The notes under the pieces are model-generated. The model did no database searches and was not told the origin of the DNA. It saw only the letters and a list, made by a program, of their open reading frames with translations. Source: Guillardia theta CCMP2712 (taxonomy: Eukaryota > Protista > Cryptophyta). From it: a DNA stretch of 35,593 bases. Both the position numbers and the translations under genes were made by a program. The DNA lies in the NCBI RefSeq assembly GCF_000315625.1, contig NW_005434547.1:1-35593 (forward strand), read 5' to 3'. Below are positions 33,875 to 35,593 of this stretch, piece by piece (the stretch's first letter is position 1; every line of letters begins with the position of its first letter).

Positions 33875-34039
33875 CTTGAATTGAAAGGCAGAGACACAAG
33901 GACTGAAACACCCAAGGCATTAGATGAAGTTCGAGAATCTCAGCAAAGGCACGAATCCTTGAACTACCGAGTACAAATTTCCAACTGTTTCACTGCTGTT
34001 GCTCATGATAAATGCTAGTCATTCTGTGGTTTCGGTGGG

Positions 34040-34977
34040 AGACTACCTCTGCACAATGACCTCTCCAATATATTCGTACAAGGAGATAATTCAGATCAGT
34101 CCATGCAATAATTGAGCATTTCCCTACCAAATAAGGCTATGGAAGTCGTCACAAGGTGACAAACACACAGTGATGGTCCAGTAAATTCTAAACACCATTG
34201 CAGCACTGAAGCAAATCCTCTTGGTAACTCAATAATCCTCCGCCATACAAGGAGGTGCTACACTAATTTACAAAAACACAGGCAGTCGAGCAGCACGCGA
34301 GGTCGAGTAAACAATCTCAGTCACATTACAAGGGTCACTACGTCCATCTTCGTTATGAGCATGAGAGCAGATGACACACCCAAGAAACACACACATGAAT
34401 CAAAGGGATCGTTCGTCAACGACCAACGAAACTGACGTCTATCTTCCACCGTTCTATCTCACTTGTCGAAAAGGCATCGGTGTGCGAAAGTCATCATGGT
34501 TCATATCATGCTCGGGTCGAGTACACAGGTATCGGCTGGAGTCGGACTCTTCTCCTCTAGCATTCAACGTGCGTCTTAAATCCTCAGCTCCTCCCACGCT
34601 AGACACGGCTCGCCATCCTTCATGAAAGGTAACTTCGTGACCCCATTCCCCGATAGATGCTTCTGCTAGTGCGCTGCTTCTCTCTTGCACGCTCACATGT
34701 CAGCATGCTCATGACATTTTGATGATATGATTGATGGCAATTACCGCATCTTTCCCTCCATTCTTCCCTGCAAAGCAGCGGGGTGTCGCTACCATCTCCC
34801 TGACAAGGACATATCGCCCAATCCCGTGGAATATGTCGTTAATAACAGATCTTCTCGCTCGGAAGCGATATCATCAATATCTATGATCATCTTCATCTTC
34901 ATCAGCATGTTCGTCTTACTGCTCTCTTCTCTTTTCTGCATCTTTTCCCTCCTTCCCTCCCCATTTCTCCACATGCC
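34040..34977 (-). CDS. Possible hypothetical intron-containing gene
   Basis: Several GT..AG-flanked open segments (GIGRYVLVREMV; EASIGEWGHEVTFHEGW; HLLVWRRIIELPRGF). No continuous model was built. Confidence 0.25.
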
Positions 34978-35453
34978 ATCGCGGCGACTGAAAGAGGATT
35001 CCCCCTACCCACCCTCCACCCACCCCTCATAGAAAACACGGTTTGCTCCACACTACCCCATGTACCAGACATTCACCCCCCCATTTTCATTATAAAGTCC
35101 TTTCAAAGACTCCAATGTCATTCCTTAGCGAAATCAGCCTTATTCTTCAGTAGATAATGCACTAGTCTAGCAGGAAAGGCTTTCAGAAGCTAATCCTCTT
35201 GACTCCGCCTATTCGTACCCCCCATTCCAATCGCTAACCCACCCAATTAACAAGGCACCTTGGGAGAAATTTCCAAGCCAGAGTTGGCAATTTTATATGA
35301 ATCCTTATCGAATAATTATGAGAATTTGAGGTGTAAATTTCATTTTTAGCTCTAGATTTTGAACTTACAATCGCCAACTTGTATGTAGGAAAAAGAAAAA
35401 AAGAGACGTAGGCGTAGATCATACCCAGATTTTTCACTTAACTTTTTACCGAA

Positions 35454-35593
35454 GGCGGCGGGCCGGGCCGGGCAGGGGCCCGCCCCACTTCAGTGTGCCC
35501 CGGCCCGGCCCGGGCTCGGATGGCCCGCCGCTGGGGCATCGGACGGCGGCATTCCAGTCGGACCGGGTGACCGTGACTGCAGTGTCGCAGTCA
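35454..35593. other. Start of another GC-rich intergenic island (truncated by the window end)
   Basis: Same ccgg/ggcc/gtgac vocabulary, preceded by a TACCC-rich block (35000-35240) and an AT-rich spacer. Confidence 0.6.

Overview
Eukaryotic nuclear DNA with dense ~40-65 nt spliceosomal introns (CTGAC-like branch sites, often no pyrimidine tract), purine/pyrimidine-skewed long introns and three 100-N assembly gaps. The style suggests a cryptophyte alga such as Guillardia theta (inference). Most ORFs in the supplied track are artefacts of intronic low-complexity or GC-rich DNA. Manual splicing recovers the 5' end of alanyl-tRNA synthetase with a targeting-like extension (-), an ankyrin-repeat protein (+), a triple-BRCT TopBP1/Rad4-like gene with a long disordered tail (-), NAC beta/BTF3 (+), V-ATPase subunit E (-), a signal-peptide + RLRGG + charge-block protein (+), and several hypothetical genes. 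The strongest leads are: (1) a preprotein with a ubiquitin-type RLRGG site directly before an NLS-like, nucleolar-like acidic/basic block domain; (2) an apparent GA-AG intron in V-ATPase E; (3) a 38/41-bp hairpin array apparently amplified out of coding sequence; (4) GC-rich micro-palindrome islands with TACCC-rich flanks lying 5' of genes. All gene models were built by eye and none has transcript support.
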